This document shows positions 59,396 to 64,000 of a DNA stretch of 64,000 bases, one piece after another. Position numbers and translations under genes: made by a program. Each line of letters starts with the position of its first letter. The stretch's first letter is position 1. Source of the DNA: Alphaproteobacteria bacterium (GTDB taxonomy: Bacteria > Pseudomonadota > Alphaproteobacteria > Rickettsiales > UBA8987). Location: contig JANPLD010000027.1 in NCBI GenBank assembly GCA_031426355.1, positions 18,907 through 82,906 of the forward strand, given 5' to 3'. The notes beneath the pieces were generated by a model that saw nothing but the letters and a program-made list of their open reading frames with translations, ran no database searches and was not told the DNA's origin.

Positions 59396-61369
59396 TTACC
59401 TTATCCTTAACGGTATCACTATCATATCAAGTCCTCTGTTATGAAGGCGGCGTTGGAGGATATAAGCGATCTGGTTGTAAAGGAACTGCAGCATCGGGTT
59501 ATCTTTCTCGTTGATGAGTTTGTTCGTGAAGAAGATGGATTTCGGATACCTTGTTCTTACGTTCTCTGCAAGGTCAGTTAAAGTTCCTATTACGTCTGTG
59601 CTGTAGCGTATTTCATATTCGGAAGGGTATCCAAATTTTCTGGTTATATCAATATATTTTTTAAGCGTAGATCTGGTCTCGCTTTTTAGTTTTTTAAGAT
59701 CTTCCTCGTGGCTGAAATCCTGATGGTCTATTTCTCCAACTGAAACAAATACAAAATTGTTGAACTGGTTAGGGAAGGCCTCATTTATCCATTTGAGGGC
59801 ATATAACCCGCTTGAAGACCTTTCATTAAGTAGGATAACAGCGGTTTGTTTATCGGAATCAAGTTCCGGGCAGATCTCTATACAGTTAATGCTTTCATTA
59901 AAGCTGTCTTCAAGCTTGTCCTCATATTTCCTGATCTTCTTGTCGGTAACATCATAATATTTCCTGATATACAGACAGCATCCTATAAGAGCGCCGGTTA
60001 TGGATATTGTCATCCAGCCACCTTGGAAGAATTTTTCATATACTGTCATTATCAATATCGTTGAGCAGACAATCAGGGCAAGAAGTGGAAGGATTATCCT
60101 TCTGTAGCCACCGCTTACGAGTTTCCTACTCTTGATGTTAAAGAATGTAATGCCAGAGAGGGAAAGGCAGAAAGTTATGAATACGTTGATCGAATAAAGT
60201 ATCACGAGTGTATGCACCACACCTTGTGTTAATATGATTGATACTATTGCGGCTATACCCATTATTATGACGCCATTTCTGGTGACAAGGCGGCTTGAAA
60301 GGGAGCTGAATTGCATTGGCAGCCATCTGTCTGAAGCCATTGCCGCCAGAACGTTAGGGCCGCTTATAAATCCGGTATTGGCTGCAACGAATAATAATCC
60401 TGCTTCGAAAAGAAGAGTGAGGAATACGAAAGGTTGAGAGATATAATAATCGCCAATCTTCCATTCTTCAGTGATGCTGAGGAAGGCAGTCGCATTAAGG
60501 GTCTGCCCGTCAACTTTGTCAACCTCCCATAAGAGGTAAATAAGAATTGTTCCCATCGCCATGAAAGCAAGTGATGCAGCAAGCGCGAACATCGTAGCTT
60601 TTGCAGTTTTAACACGTGGTTCAGCAAGGCTTGTTATGCTGTTTGATACGGCTTCCAAACCTGTATAGGTACCACCGCCAAGTGAAAAGGCCTTGAATAA
60701 TATAAGCGCGCCAGCCAGCCAACCTACGCTGTTGGCAGTTCTTTCAGTTTCTTCAATAGCATTAGGGATAATTCTTTCTAAACCATAAGCGTGACCGAAT
60801 ATTCCGTATAATATTAAAAGTACATGCGTGATGAGAAACCCGATAAAAATAGGCATGAGGATCTTTATAGATTCTCTAAGGCCCCTTAAATTCATATAGG
60901 TAAGCAGCACTATAAGTATACAGATAAGCATAACTTTTGGTATCTGGAATTCATCAGGAACCAAGCTGTATAGGGCATCTACACCTGCAGCTATTGAGAT
61001 AGCAACTGTAAGTACGTAATCAATGACCAGTGCTCCGCCAGCTACAAGGCCGGCCTTGGGAGATAGTAATGTTGAGGCTACTTTATATCCACCGCCGCCA
61101 GAAGGGAATTTCTCAATTATCTGGTTATATGAAAGTGCAATAAGGAATACTGTAAGACCAGTCGCAACTGCAAGTATGATAGCAAGATAGTTATGATCAC
61201 CAAGCGCGAGGAAGGTTTCCTCCGGGCCGTAACATGCCGATGATATACCATCTGCACCAAGGCCTATCCATGCGAATAGAGCTGCTAAAGCTATGTGCTG
61301 TCTACTTTTAGTGTCTAGTGGATCTAGGGGTTTTCCGAAAAAAAAGTTTCTTACGTCCTTACCAGTCAT
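59396..61369 (-). CDS. APC-superfamily permease with ~190-aa cytoplasmic C-terminal domain (KimA-like architecture)
   Basis: 657 aa. An N-terminal GKPL motif followed by about 12 TM segments (…GADGISSACYGPEE…), then a soluble C-terminal domain. Substrate unknown. Confidence 0.75.
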   Translation of the reverse strand: MTGKDVRNFFFGKPLDPLDTKSRQHIALAALFAWIGLGADGISSACYGPEETFLALGDHNYLAIILAVATGLTVFLIALSYNQIIEKFPSGGGGYKVASTLLSPKAGLVAGGALVIDYVLTVAISIAAGVDALYSLVPDEFQIPKVMLICILIVLLTYMNLRGLRESIKILMPIFIGFLITHVLLILYGIFGHAYGLERIIPNAIEETERTANSVGWLAGALILFKAFSLGGGTYTGLEAVSNSITSLAEPRVKTAKATMFALAASLAFMAMGTILIYLLWEVDKVDGQTLNATAFLSITEEWKIGDYYISQPFVFLTLLFEAGLLFVAANTGFISGPNVLAAMASDRWLPMQFSSLSSRLVTRNGVIIMGIAAIVSIILTQGVVHTLVILYSINVFITFCLSLSGITFFNIKSRKLVSGGYRRIILPLLALIVCSTILIMTVYEKFFQGGWMTISITGALIGCCLYIRKYYDVTDKKIRKYEDKLEDSFNESINCIEICPELDSDKQTAVILLNERSSSGLYALKWINEAFPNQFNNFVFVSVGEIDHQDFSHEEDLKKLKSETRSTLKKYIDITRKFGYPSEYEIRYSTDVIGTLTDLAENVRTRYPKSIFFTNKLINEKDNPMLQFLYNQIAYILQRRLHNRGLDMIVIPLRIR

Positions 61370-61390
61370 TAAATAAAATTTTTGGTTATG

Positions 61391-61591
61391 CTATAGGTCG
61401 GTAGTTTTATCTGATTTGTCTTCTATAGCGGCAGGCTTGTTAGCGGTGATTTTATCGGTCTCTTTAAGACCTTCCTTAAAACTCTTTATACCTTTTCCAA
61501 GGTCTCCCATAACTTTTGGCAATTTACCTGCACCAAAAACAACAAGTACTATAAAGGCGATCAAAGCTAATTCTGTTATACCTAGTCCCAT
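61391..61591 (-). CDS. tatA: twin-arginine translocase subunit TatA/E
   Basis: 66 aa. MGLGITELALIAFIVLVVFGAGKLP followed by an amphipathic helix. Confidence 0.85.
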   Translation of the reverse strand: MGLGITELALIAFIVLVVFGAGKLPKVMGDLGKGIKSFKEGLKETDKITANKPAAIEDKSDKTTDL

Positions 61592-61735
61592 ATGAGGCTA
61601 TAAGTTGAGAGGGGATATAAACACCTGTTCAGTATAAAAGACAAGAAAAATGATTTTGTTGACTTAACTTATTGCAAATAAAGATAAATTTTGAATAGTA
61701 GTGGTTTAATCAGGGCTATAATTATAAATATTTAT

Positions 61736-62605
61736 ATGAAAATATTCTCTTACATTGAAAAGGGCATGGAAAAATTTGCCATAGCAGATAACAATAATTT
61801 TATTGAACATAGCGAGGTTATTAAGCACTTTTCAAAATTTTCTGAATTGGTTGATTATGTTCACACAAATTTTGAAGATGTAAAAAGTTCCTTCACAAAA
61901 ATCCCAAAAGAAAAATTAAAAAATATCGAAGATATTAATTATTCGTTGCCGCTTTCAAATACTTCAAAAGTAATATGTGTAGGGCTTAATTATGCTGAGC
62001 ATGCGAAGGAGGGTTTTCAGGAAGTTCATAGTAAATACCCGGTATTTTTCTTACGCCTCAATTCCTCATTTGTTGCACATAAACAAAATTTGATCCTGCC
62101 TAAAGTTTCAAGTAAGTATGATTATGAAGCCGAGCTTGCCATAGTTATAGGAAAAACCGGAAGACATATTCCCGAAGAAAAGGCAGGTGACTATATATTC
62201 GGTTATACTATGGCAAATGATGGTTCAGTTCGTGATTACCAGAAGCGCACACCACAATGGACACTCGGTAAGAATTTTGATTCCACAGGTTCTATCGGGC
62301 CTTATATAATTTCCAAAGATGAACTTCCCAAAAAAGCAAAGGGCTTGAAGATAAAGTCAATCCTCAATGGACAGGTAATGCAGGACGGAACCACAGCGGA
62401 TATGATATATGATGTGAATTATCTTATAGCACAGCTTAGTGAAGTAATGATATTAAACGCAGGGGATATTATCCTTACGGGAACTCCAGCAGGTGTAGGT
62501 TTTGCGCGAAACCCTATGGTTTTCATGAAGGATGGCGATGAGATAATAATTGAGATAGAAAAGCTCGGTAAATTAGTGAATAGGGTAGTGGCCGAGCCTA
62601 AATAA
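61736..62605 (+). CDS. fumarylacetoacetate hydrolase (FAH) family protein
   Basis: Motifs GLNYAEHA, YEAELA.VIGK, TGTPAGVG. The ATG at 61736 is preferred over the track's TTG at 61691. Confidence 0.85.
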   Translation: MKIFSYIEKGMEKFAIADNNNFIEHSEVIKHFSKFSELVDYVHTNFEDVKSSFTKIPKEKLKNIEDINYSLPLSNTSKVICVGLNYAEHAKEGFQEVHSKYPVFFLRLNSSFVAHKQNLILPKVSSKYDYEAELAIVIGKTGRHIPEEKAGDYIFGYTMANDGSVRDYQKRTPQWTLGKNFDSTGSIGPYIISKDELPKKAKGLKIKSILNGQVMQDGTTADMIYDVNYLIAQLSEVMILNAGDIILTGTPAGVGFARNPMVFMKDGDEIIIEIEKLGKLVNRVVAEPK

Positions 62606-62606
62606 A

Positions 62607-63131
62607 TTATTTAATCTTCTTCGCCTGTTTTGTTTTTGAAGCGATAAAATCAGTGAGTGAAAGCAGAACGCCCGATACTACAAAAACCAGATGTATTATC
62701 ACCATCCAGCGTATTTCCCTTTCGTCTGTTTTATCTATATCCATGAATACTTTTAAAAGATGTATCCCTGATATCGCGACGATGGAGGCTATAAGTTTTA
62801 ATTTTAGTGTGGAGAAATCAACCGTTCCCATCCATTCAGGTTTATCTTCATGGTTATTTACGTGCATTTTGGAAACGAAATTCTCATAGCCGGAAAATAT
62901 AACTATGAGTAGAAGGTTACCTGCGAGTGAAAGGTCGATAAGTGAAAGTGCTGCAAGTACAGCATCACTTTGGGTTATATTCTGGATGTTAAGAATTATA
63001 TGAACCAACTCTTCAACGAAACTGTAGAGCAGTATAACTAGTGTCATCATCAAGCCGACATAGAAAGGCGCCATTAACCATCTTCCTGCGAATAAACCGT
63101 TCTCTATGAATTTCTCTGCTTTGTTAACCAT
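62607..63131 (-). CDS. UPF0114 (YqhA) family membrane protein
   Basis: 174 aa. The N-terminal FIENGLFAGRWLMAPFYVGL matches the YqhA pattern (ENAMYASRWLLAPVYFGL). Confidence 0.8.
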   Translation of the reverse strand: MVNKAEKFIENGLFAGRWLMAPFYVGLMMTLVILLYSFVEELVHIILNIQNITQSDAVLAALSLIDLSLAGNLLLIVIFSGYENFVSKMHVNNHEDKPEWMGTVDFSTLKLKLIASIVAISGIHLLKVFMDIDKTDEREIRWMVIIHLVFVVSGVLLSLTDFIASKTKQAKKIK

Positions 63132-63138
63132 GATACCC

Positions 63139-63705
63139 CTATTGTTTTTTAAATTTTTTAGTTATTTCTGCGATCCTTTTACCAAATAATTTTGCAGTTT
63201 CAATATCACCTGATGAAGGAGTGTTTTCTGGCGTGGCATTATCTGATTGTGTCATGAGCCCAAGTGAAGAGCCAACGCGATTTATCTGTTCTGGTTTGCC
63301 ACCATGATCAATTGTATTGGCAGGCATTTCACCCTGGCCAACCCATATCATGCCTTGCTGTGCAGAAAAAACCGTTAAGGTAATTAAAGTATTAAGTTTG
63401 TCGCCGCTTAAAGAATGTGAGTTGGTAAAGCCAGCAGCTATCTTATTTTTCCAGCTCTGGGTGAACCATTTTTTAGACGATGCATCCATGAACTCCTTAA
63501 ATTTTGCAGAAACACTGCCCATATAAGTTGGCGCGCCAAATATAATTCCGTCAAAACCATCAAGCTCATCAAGTTTTGTAATTGCATCATCTGCCGTATA
63601 AATAGTAACATCAGCTTCTGCAGATTTAGCTCCTTCTGCCACAATTTCCGCTACTTTTTTGGTATGTCCGAAGCCGCTATGGTAAATTACTGCTATTTTA
63701 GGCAT
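63139..63705 (-). CDS. flavodoxin-like NAD(P)H:quinone oxidoreductase (WrbA-type)
   Basis: 188 aa. IAVIYHSGFGHTKKVAE, plus the FGAPTYMG flavodoxin signature. Confidence 0.8.
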   Translation of the reverse strand: MPKIAVIYHSGFGHTKKVAEIVAEGAKSAEADVTIYTADDAITKLDELDGFDGIIFGAPTYMGSVSAKFKEFMDASSKKWFTQSWKNKIAAGFTNSHSLSGDKLNTLITLTVFSAQQGMIWVGQGEMPANTIDHGGKPEQINRVGSSLGLMTQSDNATPENTPSSGDIETAKLFGKRIAEITKKFKKQ

Positions 63706-64000
63706 GGTTGAATTCTTGTGTTTGTTTAAATGTTATTAGAGATAAACTAATATTTGTTCAAGTATTAACGGTTTGTTAAGGGTTTTGGTTTATTATAGGG
63801 TAATAAAAACAAGGGATTATGTTACAGCAAATAGGGTTTCAAAGGGAAATGCAAAATGTGCCTGAGGGTAGTTTTAAAATGCCTAATGATAACCAGTACT
63901 TAAGGCCTAGCTCTAATGAAGGTTTCATTATTTATCATGGAAATCAAGCTGTTGAATTTGGCAATTCATCTCAAATCAGAGAGACTATGAATTCTGTTTC

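Noticed and set aside
63819-64000. ATG-initiated frame (MLQQIGFQREMQNVPEG...) that stays open to the end of the window
   Set aside because: Only about 60 codons are visible, the RBS spacing is poor, and there is no recognisable motif. It cannot be evaluated from this window.

Overview
The window is AT-rich and densely coding. Its gene content looks alphaproteobacterial and resembles Rickettsiales or Holosporales, but this is inferred from gene content and organisation, not from any database search. Supporting points are an alpha-type short ProS, ArgJ/ArgH, NtrY, a TlyC-like CorC/HlyC transporter, ParE, flgF-flgG-flgA-flgH, and a 23S-5S rRNA unit with no linked 16S or spacer tRNAs.

About 58 protein genes can be supported. 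Most are housekeeping: argS, xthA, mnmG, glmS, proS, cysK, tgt, parE, nadE, purH, infB and rbfA. There are three type II toxin-antitoxin pairs (Phd/VapC, HicAB, BrnTA), an orphan RTX calcium-binding repeat protein, and several orphan secreted or repeat proteins. I saw no transposase, integrase, phage genes, CRISPR array or tRNA.

The main items worth a second look are:
1. An ~8-kb locus (44555-52655) encoding a circularly permuted ATP-grasp protein, an alpha-E protein, a 1094-aa transglutaminase/DUF2126-type protein, and a fusion of a degenerate class-II amidotransferase-like domain to a second transglutaminase. This type of neighbourhood has been predicted to be a peptide-ligase system, but as far as I know it has not been characterised biochemically.
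2. Two families of short palindromic repeats resembling RPE or MITE elements. One is an 87-bp GTGTCAT...ATGACAC family found in three intergenic sites around nadE, purH and the ATP-grasp locus. The other is a G-rich/C-rich palindrome that appears to lie in frame inside two unrelated coding sequences and encodes near-identical KP(L)TP..L.LTPK peptides.
3. An extended helix-9 hairpin in the 23S rRNA, which may be an intervening sequence.

All coordinates and alignments were worked out by eye from the sequence. No searches or computations were run.
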